A stretch of 64,000 nucleotides of DNA. Origin: Tubiluchus corallicola (lineage: Eukaryota > Animalia > Priapulida). The DNA is taken from NCBI GenBank assembly GCA_030141605.1, contig JAQGDQ010000832.1, positions 1 through 64,000 of the forward strand, in the 5' to 3' direction. Every line of letters begins with the position of its first letter. The first letter of the stretch is position 1. Positions 11,801 through 24,159 of the stretch are shown one piece after another. The notes under the pieces are model-generated. The model had not been told where the DNA came from, did no database searches, and saw only the letters and a list, made by a program, of their open reading frames with translations. Made by a program: the position numbers and the translations under genes.

Positions 11801-14800
11801 TTAAAGTCGAACATTTACATTAGTCTTGTTTCTTCTTTTCACCACTATACCTTTGAAAAAGCTGAGTGTATTATTTTTGCATGATTTCAGATGATATAAA
11901 TAGGTTGACAATGTAACATGAGTTCAGTAGACCTTTTTGTTAGACCTTAGGCAATGGGACAGGTTAACTTCGTAGTAAAAAGGTTGCAGGACAATAGGAC
12001 TTTTTCTTGTTGAAACTAATGTGCATAGTGTTGCCACAATAATATGTTAGGACTAAACTTGAACTTAGTTTTTAAATGTATAAAATTTACAAGGAAAAGC
12101 AAACAGAACGCTTCTAGGGGAAAGATGGTGGTATTTGAAAATTCCTTTGCGAAGCATTATTCTACAGCATGTTTAATTAACTGCAGTCAATTTGAGTGCA
12201 AAACGTGATAACTTGTGGAGCCGTATATAATGATTCTTTTTTTAGTTGGGAAAGGGATTGTTTTGGAAGGTTAGATTGCTTCACATCTTTGTTTCATTAG
12301 CGACTTTATGTTTGTGAAGGGTCAATCAAATACAGCTAATACGACACAAATAAAAGGAAATAGGTTTTTGTGCTGGACTTTTTCTAGATTGACTTTCTGG
12401 TAACTAGTAACGATTTTTTTCTTTTAACTTTTTGGCTTAAGATTTTTCATGTCTTCTTTGCTATATATATATATATATATATATAGCAATATATATAGCT
12501 ATATATATATATATATATATATAGGTGCTGCTTAATAGACTTACTTTAGGACAGACGTGCTCTGACCCACAACCAATTTTAGGCAGGTGCCCATACTTCG
12601 TTATTCATTTTGACAATATTTATAGTTTGGATGGCATACAATTTCTTAAGTTACTACACAGTTATGGACTAAACCTATATTTGGATTCCTATGCAGTATG
12701 AATCCATTACCAAGAACATGAATTGTGTTGATTTTGACAAATCTGAATTCTGAACCTAGAAGTTTCACCTGTGACTTCCACTTAATTTGCAAGTGGAAAC
12801 TACACTGGTAAATCTTAACTTAAATGAAATTAGAAAAGTTATTCTATAAAAGTTATCTGATGTGTTCTTGCACAGTGTCTTCATGTTGCTTTTTTTCTTT
12901 CAGCATTTCAACATCTTTGGACAATACATTGTGTTATGGATGTGGTGAAGGCTTTGCTGCTAGAGAGCCAATAGTTAATTCTGGTCGTGAAGTGTGGCAC
13001 ACCAAATGTTTTGTGTATGTCTTATTTTAATTATTTTACAATTTTTTGTTTTAAAACTGGTAATGCGAAGTGCTTACCTTCAAAAAATTTTTTGTTGATA
13101 ATCTTGGTGATGCCAACAAGTAAACTAACTGTTGGCAACTCGTTGTTGGTAAAATCTACTGTGCTTTTATTAAATTGTTAATTTGTGTCACTTTTTGATT
13201 GCTATATGAAATTATTTTACAGGTGTTCGCAGTGTTTTCAGCCATTTCCCGAGGGGATATTTTACGAGGTAATTTTAGTCCCAATTTTATAAGCTGTATT
13301 CGTGAGATGCGTTGCACCCAAGTTATTTAAAAATATCCGGTAAACATTATTTTGTCAGGTATTGTAAAGTGCTTTGCATATATTATAATATAGTTAGTAG
13401 CCATGTGTGTGAAACAACTTTTAAATGAAATATATGTAAAATTATTTTTGCATTGTACATGTAGTTTGAGAATCGCAAGTACTGTGAACATGACTTTCAC
13501 GTGCTTTTTGCTCCCTGCTGTGGTGCTTGTAGTAAGTATTTTCTATAATTTTTTTGTTTTACTAGAGTGCATTTTTGTTTAATAGTAATGTGCTATATGT
13601 ATAAAAGCCTTACTCTCTACCTGTGCTGATAAGAAGCAGGTAAAGCTGACAAACAAGTGCCAGATTCGTATGAGTATGATATAATTACAATACTGTGTAA
13701 CCTGAAGAGTAACCAAAAGTTTATCGCATTAAAAGTTTAAGTTGAAATGTTCCTTATAAAAAGCTTTCAAAAATGATTGTTATGGTATAAGTAAGAATAA
13801 AATATTAATAAGGCACTTGACTATTGTAACAGCTAGTATTTTAAGAGCACAGTTATTTTGCAACAAAAAGAATTTTTAGAAATATTTAATTTCTGTATTC
13901 TAAATAAATTAAGTTTTTTTAGACATTACTGATCCTGGAAACGTCTTTCTTTCTTCAAAATCTCATTCCACCTATTATAGGTATTGAGGTTATAAACATT
14001 TATCAGAATATTCCACCCACTTTATCTGCAGCTAACAGCGTAAGTTCTTCTACTCCTAAAGATAGATTCGGTTGAAGTTGTTGAACATCTTTATTTATCT
14101 TAGCCATCAAAGTTGTTTAGGTTTGCCATGTGCTTTTTTTGCAAAGTTTTAAGGCTTCCTTTAAGGCGATTAGAAGATTTGAATAAGATCGTGATTTGAT
14201 AAGAACTGGATGTGACTGCTTTTTCTGTCTTAACCATCTCAGTCTTCGGATCTTGACTGTTTAAACTCCATAAATTTTGTTTGTTCTGGTGTATAATTCT
14301 TCATTTTCGATTATGGCCCTTTTATGTTTAAACCCTTCCTAAGAAGACTTCTACGAAATGTGTCAATCTGCTTTTCTTGAGTAATCGTTAAACTCCAAGT
14401 TTCGCTGTTGTACATAAATATGCTGGTAACGTAAGCATTAAATAATCGAAGTCTTATGTTAAGACTTAATATCTTGCTAGTTAATACATTCTTGTGCTGA
14501 AGAAAAGCATGCATTGCTTGTTACTTTCTGCTTCTAACATCATCTTTAGTGCTTAGAAAAGTTCCCATGTACTTGCACTTTTTCCAAGACTGATTACCAT
14601 CTTTTGCAATAATATACTGTTCTGGTTTTGAATGGTTTACTTGAAGATTTTCTTCCTCTAGTTTTTTTGGAAAATCCCTTTTTATTGTGTTAGTTTGGAA
14701 ATTTGCTACACTAATTCATCCAATGTCGTCTGAATATTGTTGATCAATAAGGAATGGTACTTAGGATTCCAAAGCAGGATAGGAGTTATCCAGAATATGT

Positions 14801-17800
14801 TGAGGAGGGTTATCACAGACAGCGGTATCTTAATCATGATCATCATTTGGAGGAGTTTCGATCTTAAATGCATTTGCAAGGTAGAGTGTGAAAAGTATTG
14901 GACTAAGACATTCCCCCTGGGGGACACCAATATTTGTACTAAATGTTCTTCCTAAGATGTTCCCAGTTTTTACAGTAAGTTTAATATCCTTTAGTAGAAT
15001 TGTAATAATGTGCATTTCATCTGATTGTAGTACGGTTTGTAGGTCATTAGACAGAATTCTTCTCTCTACAGTATCAAACGCCTTGCTCGTACCAAGTAAC
15101 AAGATCGTGATTTGGTAAGAACTGGATGTGACTGCTTTTTCTGTTAGCATTTTTGCTGACATTACTAGTTCAGTAGTGCTTCGTCCCTCCCTATATGCAA
15201 CTTGACTTTGTCGAATGTCACCATTTAATCTGTCATCTGTGCATCTGATCATGCATATAGCCAAGATTTTAACAAACTCAGCAGTATAATTGGTCTTAAA
15301 TTTCCTACTGGTCCTTTCTTCTTTTTAGGTTTTGGAATAGGCACTATCCCCTGCTTAACTTCTTTTGGATAGTTTCTTGTTTCTGCAGTAGTGTCTAGTA
15401 AGTTTGATATTCCAGTGCTAATGGTCTGTGGCCCATGCTTTAGTTGTTCTGCTACAAGATTATCTATGCCTGGGCTTTTTCCATTCTTTAAAGATTTTAT
15501 TGCCTTTAAAACCTCTTCGTTAAAACCGAAATTAGTTATAATTTCTGATGCTTCTAGTTCATTGGCAGTAACACCATCATCAGTTTCAACTAATATCCTG
15601 CCTTTTGGCTTCTATTGATTTTCGGGCTGCTTTATACATCCTACTAGAGTCATCTTTGCTGTTTTCAATTTCTGCAATATCTTCTAATAACTTTTCTTCT
15701 TTAACCTGATGGACCACATCTCTAAGTTCTTTTAGCATCTTACTGCATAACTTTTGGAATTTCTGTCTAAGTTCCATGTCTTTAGCTGCACTGTGCTTCA
15801 ACCTAATTTCTTTCTGTTCAACTGATCCATAATAGAGATCATACTTTTTCCCAGTTTTTGATGTAAGAGTAACTATTACGCTTCCAGTTAAATGGGTTTT
15901 TCTTGTACTGACAGTACATCTAATTGATAAGATTCCATATCATCAGCTAGACGACTTTGTTTAATATCAGATTTAAGTCCACTACAATTGAATTTCCAGC
16001 TCTTAGATTCTCCTTACACCACCCCATTGCTGCAGACAGAATGAAAAGAAGAATGCTCCAACAAATGTTAACAAAAATATCTATCCTAGATAAACGATGT
16101 TATTTTTCAACGAGTTTTTGCGCGTCACCGACAACATCACACGTCTACATGAGCTTACTGATTTTTGTTACATAATCTTATTTTTTGTCCAGTTTATTCT
16201 AATTTGTTTTTATTATTTTTAAAGCAATGTAGCCCTGTATATTTGAATAGGTGATGCTAAGACAGCTATTGAACAGATTTGTGCATCTTGTAGATGAATT
16301 TGTGATTGGACGTGTTATCAAGGCTATGAACAATAACTGGCATCCAAACTGTTTTTGTTGCGAAATCTGCCATGCTGTTTTGTCTGATGCTGGTTTTGTG
16401 CGAAATGCGGGGAGGGCTTTATGCCATGAATGCAATGCTCGTGAGAAAGCATCAGGTTCTGGCCGATACATATGTCACAAGTGTCAGTAAGTTTTTTCTA
16501 TTTATCGGTCTCAGTACTTTTCTCAAATAACAGAAATAGCAGGTGCCCAAATAAAAGATGGCAGTAATTCCTTGGACACTAGTGAATTTCTTTTTTTTCT
16601 AAAAATAAGATTCACATCTTATCAACTCTGTTTTTTCTTACTTCTTTGGGTACCACATTATTTTGTAAGGCGATTGTGATGCCGTGTAATAATTAAGTCA
16701 GGACGTTAGGAAATCAGAGTACTGTGTTCAGGGTTCTCAAGGGTTTCCGTCACTTTTATATGCCAAATTTACAGGATAATCATTTATTTGTGTAAGCTAC
16801 TTGTATCCGTGTCACTGGTGAAACACTTGTGTGCACATGCAAACTATTTAATCAGAACCAAAATGGAACTAAGAGCTTATATTTAGATTTCGAATTTTAT
16901 CAGTAAAATGATAATAGCAAAATTAAATTGATAATAATTTCCAACAATACCTAATTCCCCCAAAAGTAACATTGGCCGGCTGCGCTTCTGTCTCTCATCA
17001 GGCTTTTGAATCTATCAACCACGCTCTTCAGTCTCCAACCGTACCACATCAGCTTTCATCTCCAGTAGTCAGCCATGTCCTCGCCAGCAACGCTTTGCCA
17101 ATGGTCAGTAATCCAGCCTCTGCATGGACCACACTTTAAAACTGCTCCAGCAATCCAGCGGTTGAACTCGTACCTGGTTGCCTGGTTGCCTCAGACTCCC
17201 AGTAATAAAGCCAGATTCCGTCCTTTTGCAGGGTGACAAATAGAACATTCAGTTCAGACAAACAGACAGATCATTAGTCCAGGTAGAACTTCAATCACGT
17301 AGTCGTAAACTGGTTTTCCACTACTATTCAGCGAGAATTTGAGTCCTATTCTGCAGGATGTGGACTAACCAGCAAAACGCCACCACTCTGTAACTTTGAC
17401 AGTCAGAACATATCTAGTGTAAAGCACAAACTCTGTAGTAAGATCCCAAAACAGGTTGAAGCCATTTGGTATTCGAATTTTCAGGTAACCTAATTACAGG
17501 TAAGCAGAGAAATGAGCGGCCAGAGTCATCTAGTGTCAAAATCTCACAAAAACGTGCAATGTTGTATAAGTTTAAAATCAAAAAGGTAATTAGATCATTA
17601 ATTATGCACACACACACCACAACATACGAAAGATATATCAAAATAGGTGTTACGACAATGATGGGTGGTGTAACCGATCATCCCAGTGATCTCAAAAGTT
17701 AAGATTCATTGTACAGCGAAGAGTTTGATTTTAATCAAGAATAAATACTTCTTTTTTGAAAGAAGTTTACAATTCCCCACACAATTTAATACCATAACCC

Positions 17801-20800
17801 AACCCTAATCCAACCCACACCCTAACCTTTACACTAGTTAATTTCGTGTGTGTGCAGAATTGCAAACTTTAGTCTTCTTTTTATTTTAGAATAGTGAAGA
17901 ACAAGTCAAGTCCTATAAATTACTTGTCTGTGAAAAATACTTATGTAGGCTGAGTAGATAATATTACTTATGTTGATTTATTAAGTTACATAACCTATGT
18001 AGTGTGTAGGATAGTATTAAATTTTAAACTTTCAAACTAGTTTACAATCAAGCTGTTTTACGTTAAGAAAAATACTTAGGATGCCAATGTAAACCTTGAC
18101 AAGTACTTTTTTAATATAACCAGGTTGTAATCTTAGTGAGACTTTTTTTTAACAGTGGACTTATTGAAGATGGTCATCTGAAGTTTAAAAGTGAAGTCTA
18201 CCATCCTTACCACTTTAACTGCAAGAACTGTGGGTAGGTATATTCCACTTTTTATTTTCCTCAAATTTTTCCTGCCAATTTCTCATCAGTAATTATGCAA
18301 GTTACTTATTCTGCTTGCTTTTGTACAATAAGAGCACCCTTCTTATGCATTTTTAATTTAATGCCTGTTTTTATGTTTCCGGTAATTTGATGAACAAAAC
18401 TGTCAACAAACTGTAGCAATTTTCTTGCACTGTAACTACAAACACTTTGTGCAGACATTTCGACATGGACATTTGGACACATAACGTTTTGTCATAAGAC
18501 ATTTGGATGCATAGGTCTTTTGGATATATCGACACATAGGTATTTTGGACACATAAGCTATTTGGACACAAAGCTATTTTCTTCATTGACATGAATTGTA
18601 ATTCTTACTCATTCTATGTACTAAACACCTGTGAAAAAATGCAGCCACTGTCATGTCGTGTGGGTTTAAATTATAACATGTTGTCTGACTGTTGTTATCT
18701 GATCTCTTGCTAATAAGCAATGAGTCAGAATTCATTTGGCTACTGACATGAGTTGTTATACGTGGATGTTTAAAAATTGTAAATCTAAATTTATACCAAA
18801 TGACTCAAAAATGAATCTGCTCCGAGTTTGATCCACGCCCTACCAATATAACCCAACCATTAAAAACTTCTTTTACCAGCATCCGAAAATGCGAAAATTT
18901 ATTCTTTATCTGCAGTAACTGTGGCAGAGTCCAGGAAAACTCTTTATCACATGACATTGTACTGTACGAACCAAAAAGCCTTTTAGTGTCCATTTTACTA
19001 GCTTATAAAGAAGAATCTTTCCGAAAAATTTTCTCTTATTGATGTTCGTCGATAGTCTTAATTAACGCCTAAACACTCAGCTTAATCTATATTGCATTAA
19101 TATCACACTTAATTCAGTGTGAAAACTCACAAGAAATTTTATCTTTTTTGCCATAATTTTGGCAGTCGCATCTGTCACAGTTACTGCAATCACCTCTGTT
19201 ACCATCACTGCATCTGTATACTGTATACCCGCATATCCGGATATCCACATGCTGTGAAAACGCCCAAATGTTTATGTACTTTATGACCTGCAGACTGCAC
19301 TTACTGTTGGAGGGATTGAATTTGAGATAGCGAGACAAAAAATCAAAATAGATAATAGACAAATAAATGTTTGATCTAAAGTGTTTTAGACATTGGAAAC
19401 TCCTTTAATTTTGCAAAAAAGCAATTTAGATTCACCCATCTCCAAGAACAGGGTATGACTAAATAACCAGTTTTGCTAAATAGTATGATCTTCTGATTGA
19501 ATGATTGAATAAAAATGGTACATTTGGTGTCTAAACGGTATCCAAATTTTCTAAATTTCTAAATATCGTGTGTGAAAAACACCTAGTGTCCAAATGTCTT
19601 ATGTATCAAAAACTCTAGTGTTTAAACAGGTTACATGTCTAAATAACCTAGGAGTCCAAATTACCTTATGTCCAAATAACCTGTGTCCGAAATCCCTAGT
19701 GTCAAAATGACCCCTGTGTCCAACACCACTAGTGTCTAAATAGTATATCTGTCCAAACGACCCATATATCCAAATGGCCTGTGTCCAATTATTATTATTA
19801 TTATAATTCTTCATTTTTAAAAACTATGTACAAAATACATTCCCTCTATTTGTAGGGATATGTTTAAAATTTCTAGAAGCATTTACAAAGTGTTAAACAT
19901 ATTCACATACATATGTAATTTAGAATCTAACGCATGAGACACATTAAACGACAACAATCATATACAATAGACATAGTTACAAATTATAATTCAGCACTAT
20001 AGATACATACATAATAAAAGATAACGAACATATTTTAATACATAGTAACAAAATCTACACACATTATACGCAATGAAAAACAGCGAGTACAATTATAATA
20101 AAGATAGTTACGAATTCTAATGCAAACTCACAGAATCATAAATAAAAACAAAACAGCATATAGAAACTACGACGAGAGTTGTAAAATTTCATCACCAACA
20201 GACTATTTATATACGGGCGAAAGACGATAGGAATTCATCTGAGATAAGATTTGCAAAAGCATTTATAGCATTATTATCTCGGCTAGAGAAAACATAGTCC
20301 GAATCTAACGTAGGAAGAGTGCTAATAAAATCATTTCTTTTAGCTTGGTTTAAAATGTACATTCAAATAATAAATGATGTACAGACTGAGGGCTTAATAA
20401 GCAGTTACATGTACTATTAGAAGCCTGCCCAATTTTGTACAAAAATTCCATAAAATTTCCCTGCTTAAGTAATAAACTGAAAGCTAAAACTTCTAATTTT
20501 CTCTTGCCCAAAGAGACAGGGAATTGCATGGGCGTATTAAAAACTTTTATCGGGTTAATTCTGGTGTTTGTACATTGGTACTTGTGGTGGCATGTATTTG
20601 TCCACATATGCAACACATAATTGTCAATGTCACTTTTCTTGTATTGAAACGTAGGTGGTGGTAAAGATGCTATATCCATGTTACGCCAGTTTATAACTTT
20701 ACTGATTTTTAAAAGTTTGCCTGTATAGGCTGTATAGTAATTGAAGTAAAAAGTGATTATGGTTAAGATGAGGATTTGCATGACTATTTATCAAGTGTAA

Positions 20801-23623
20801 TTTGGCAATATAATCATTTGAGGCAGATAGTACTTTCAGAAAAAATTTTGTAGCTACACTTTTAAAGATTATGTCGAGAGGTGGCAGACCACAGATCAAC
20901 TGTAATTTTTCACGAGACAGGTGAAAATTACAGCCTGTTCCAGTTTTCGTAACATCTACATAAGATTATCAAAGAAGCTATGTTTGCGCACCATCCAAGC
21001 TGGAGCACCATACAAAATTATAGGTAGTACAAGGGTTTTAAAGAGCAAGATTACAGTACGGAGACTAAAACTTTTGTAGAGGGTACATTTTGGTTTGATT
21101 TGTAGCCATCTAACCATACTTCTTTCCTGACGTTATTGATTTGTAACTCAAAAGACAACTGCTTGTCTATAACAGCACCTAGCACCTTACTGCTGTGCAT
21201 GTAATTAATGCTTTGAATCCCAATTTTCAAAATGACATTTTGGTTTTCCATGCCAAAAGGTAAAACCTCAATTTTACCAGGTAAGCAGTTAATAACCTGT
21301 CTCCATTTTCTACACCAGATATGAAGCCAATCACAGCACTGCTGTCCTAAGTTCACACTGTCCTAAGTTTGAAAGAATCGACACTCGGCAGAGTCAATAT
21401 TTGTTTAAATATATCTGATACATGGGCATTCGTATTGTCACCTAAAAACATGGCTGCCATTTCTGAAGAATGTCGTTTACTGTTTCCGTGTCTGGAAGTT
21501 GCACTTGGATTTTTCCAGTTGCCGTCCTAAAAGCTACTTCAAAACAACTTCTAGGGAAATAGTGGCTAAGGTTCTTCTGTATAAACTTGCTAGTTTTTGC
21601 GATGTCTTCATCATTAACGTTCTCAATGAGTATCGTTCTGTCCGGGTCGTACAAATACGACACACTCTGCTGGCTGTTATTTCTCGTGGACACACAAATA
21701 TCTGTGTCCAAGATGTTTGTGACGAAATAACCTGTGTGTCGAAAACCCCTGTAACCGTAAACACATCATGGAAGTGACACTAAAACATTTTAATCATCAC
21801 ATTTAGCAACAATTAGATTTTAATATAACAAGGATAATAACGATTTTATAGGTGGTGACTGCCTTGTCATTCTGTTACATTCCTTACTCAGCAGCTGCAT
21901 TCAGATGCACAAGTTTCATTAAGTGATGTTTGTTGCAAAGCATTTTATTTGCTTTTAAGTTAGTGTTTTCTTTTGTTTTAGTACTGAACTAAATGCTGAT
22001 GCACGTGAGAAGACTGGTGAGCTATACTGTCTGCGTTGCCATGATAAGATGGGGATCCCGATTTGTGGTGCCTGTCGGCGTCCTATAGAGGATCGTGTTG
22101 TTAATGCTCTGGGTAAACAATGGCATGTAGAGGTAATATTAAAAAAATTCATTTTAAAATTGGCTAGTTACAACATGCAGTACATCAAGACATTATTGTA
22201 AAATTATTTGGAAAAAACGTTTTGTCAAGTTTGTTCATTTGCAAACAATTCAATTACAAACAAGCCAATTCAACTAGGACGTGGAGTAAAAAGAACATAT
22301 GAGTGGTAAAAGTATCTGTGCGTTACTTTTTCTATTATTGAAGCTGCTTATATGTGCATAAAGCATACTAGGGCTTAGCATTCGTTACAAAAAAATCACT
22401 GTTAAATGTCTTTTTCATTTGCTGCCTGTTTTAGAATTTTTTTGGTAATAACACTATGATGTACAATGTGTATTGAATAAACTATTACCTCTGTTCTTGA
22501 ACTATTGGTACTATTTCTTCGGAATTCTCTTGTTAAAGGACAGGAAAAGGGGCACCTAAAGTAGGTTTCAGAAAAATCCCCTTAAAAAATTATACTGCTT
22601 TACAGCAATTTTATGCATATATATGCAGTTATGCACATTTTACATCTCCCGTAATACTCTTCTGACAGCGGCATTGCAGGACGTCACTACGCAAACATAA
22701 ATCAGGGGAAGAAAAGACAATGTTGAATTATGTCCCAAAAAACTTTCCATGCAAATATATATTACGTAGCATTTCGCTTGCTGGAAAGACTTATGTAACT
22801 AGAAATAATGATTTAAAATGTTTGTGCCAATTGGTAAAAAGTTGCTGACTCACCCTCCAGGGAGCACCTCTCAAGCCAATAGTGTATTTTTAATCTTGAT
22901 GACATGATACAGTGACTTACAATTCTGTTGTTGGAATAATGTGATATTAGCAGACAGTTCTGGCCCTGGTGATCATTCTTTTACGAAAATAGAAAGTGCC
23001 ATCAGTATCAGAAACGTAGGCTTCATTTTAAATGCAAAATTATGACTTTGTCTGAAAAAGTGTTTTATTGTGATTTTATGAATTGATAAATTTACTTCTT
23101 ATAGCATTTTGTATGTGCCAAATGTGAGAAACCATTTTTTGGTAGTCGACACTATGAGAAAAAAGGATTGGCTTACTGCGAAATGCATTTCCATCAACTA
23201 TTTGGGAATGTCTGCTTTCTTTGCAATGCTGTAGTGATGGGAGATGGTATGTATTATTTGTCAGTATTCATGCACATAACACACATTATCACTTAATGAT
23301 TGTCTTCAGGTTAAAAAGTTGTATAGGCTACTCTAAGGCCAAATAAGCTTGTTTCTGACAACTGACAGGTAACAGATTACTGTTTAATTAGATTATTTTA
23401 CATGTTTTATGTATAACCTTGTAATATTATCAGTGTGTAAATTATATTTGAACACCTTGTTTTGTTTTGTGATAAAACTATATGAAAGCATAATAGTAGC
23501 AAAATTTGTTGTATATCATCTCTGCAACTTCTTGAAAACTGATTGAATTTTGCCATTAATTTAAAGTTGCTACATCACTTTTACAACAAGTGATGTAGGA
23601 TGTAGTAACTGGAGCAATATGTA

Positions 23624-23685
<62 letters not shown>

Positions 23686-24159
23686 CAGGCTGTTTAGGAA
23701 TTAGTAGCATTACAGAAGAATTAGTGTATTTCTTTGCACAGCCTGTTCTTTCTTGTTTTATATTTGAGAATGAAAGACTTAATTTTGTATAAGTGGTGCT
23801 TTGTTCTTTCAGTATTTCAAGCTCTCAACAAAAGTTGGTGTGTTCAGCATTTTGCCTGTTCTCTTTGCGACACAAAGATGGGTCCAAAGTAAGAATTACT
23901 TCTATATGCAATTATTACTTTATACTGGAAATGTTTTAATGCTATTTACATTCATTCCATTATGACCTTACTTGCTTAAACTGCCAGCTAGTTTTGATGT
24001 TTTGTTGTTGAATTTATGGCTGTTATATGATTTTTCTTTTGTAGGACAAAGTTTTATGAACTAGATCTAAAGCCAGTCTGTAAGAAGTGCTACGAGAAAT
24101 TTCCTGGTGAGTTGAAAAGACGTCTTACAAGAGCTTTTAAGAATGCTCCTCGTAAATGA
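8891..24159 (+). CDS. LIMS1: PINCH / LIM and senescent cell antigen-like protein (five LIM domains; spliced, 10 coding exons, ~332 aa)
   Basis: Exons 8891-8910 (least certain; phase-2 GTAAGT donor, in-frame TAG upstream at 8861), 12904-13014, 13223-13268, 13465-13531, 16294-16486, 18156-18233, 21982-22132, 23105-23246, 23813-23888 and 24045-24159. Translation includes [62 protein letters not shown] and [18 protein letters not shown], all characteristic of PINCH. Co-orthologous to vertebrate LIMS1/LIMS2. Confidence 0.95.
9500..10150 (-). mobile_element. Highly decayed LINE RT fragment (L2/CR1 group)
   Basis: The reverse strand at ~10021-10050 reads [10 protein letters not shown], the RT catalytic motif. 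Boundaries are approximate. Confidence 0.55.
10160..11546 (+). mobile_element. CR1-clade LINE relic (ORF1 end/APE start plus 3' end), interrupted by a Tigger end fragment at 10859-10930
   Basis: APE N-terminus CVYANADCL...[11 protein letters not shown]-terminus [17 protein letters not shown]...[10 protein letters not shown] and [10 protein letters not shown]...WNSLPSNVV. Ends in an AAGGT-type short repeat tail at 11521-11546. Confidence 0.8.
10859..10930. mobile_element. Tigger/pogo family A terminal fragment
   Basis: ta|cagaggctccgctttatagactcattttgggaccgacatgttttgacccaattaactgactgaacc matches 29228 onward and the reverse complement of 4745-4812. Confidence 0.7.
12462..12523. repeat. Interrupted (TA)n microsatellite abutting a Tigger family A end fragment (12522-12570)
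   Basis: TA run followed directly by taggtgctgcttaatagacttactttaggac. Confidence 0.85.
13900..15830 (-). mobile_element. RTE-clade LINE relic in PINCH intron 4
   Basis: ORFs 14830-15264 ([35 protein letters not shown]) and 14311-14514 ([28 protein letters not shown], the RTE-type YGxETW region). Multiple frameshifts. Confidence 0.85.
16960..17250 (-). mobile_element. Possible RTE-like LINE 3' fragment
   Basis: Locally GC-richer segment. The reverse strand gives decayed RKLMWYG and RQKRSRP, resembling the RTE motifs R+LxWxGH and RxRGRP. Confidence 0.35.
18447..21757. mobile_element. Foldback-like DNA element with inverted arrays of ~15-17 bp TTGGACAC/GTGTCCAA subrepeats, right arm split by a LINE
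   Basis: The left arm (~18450-18575) has repeated ttggacac. The right arm (~19520-19787, resuming at ~21700-21757) has repeated gtgtccaa. Flanks caaacact / taaacaca resemble a degenerate TSD. Confidence 0.6.
19788..21695 (-). mobile_element. I/Jockey-group LINE relic with C-terminal CCHC knuckle and (AAT)n tail
   Basis: Minus-strand ORFs: post-RT segment [15 protein letters not shown]...[14 protein letters not shown], then CGLPPLD, then CNC...[10 protein letters not shown]. (TTA)n run at 19788-19804 on the + strand. An ORF1-like piece lies at 21442-21695. Confidence 0.75.
22533..22905 (+). repeat. Dispersed ~370 bp repeat, copy 1 (probable non-autonomous DNA transposon)
   Basis: Colinear with 34098-34490, e.g. 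cctaaagt(a)ggtttcagaaaaat, tgaattatgtcccaaaaa and cttatgtaactagaaataat.atttaaaatgtttgtgccaattggtaaaa. Confidence 0.85.
23626..23684. repeat. (TA)n microsatellite
   Basis: Perfect AT dinucleotide run. Confidence 0.97.

Noticed and set aside
11791-11965. Alternative PINCH first coding exons (ATGATTTCAGATGATATAAATAG|gttgac; ATGGGACAG|gttaac)
   Set aside because: The first is phase-compatible but has a poor donor. The second has the wrong phase. Neither can be supported without transcripts.
17760-17872. CCCTAA-like motifs as an interstitial telomere
   Set aside because: Only two or three degenerate units, inside a small inverted-repeat relic. This is typical of short transposon remnants.
19520-19787. 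Regularly spaced short repeats resembling a CRISPR array
   Set aside because: The units are degenerate ~15-17 bp tandem repeats without unique spacers, there are no cas genes, and the context is a eukaryotic intron.
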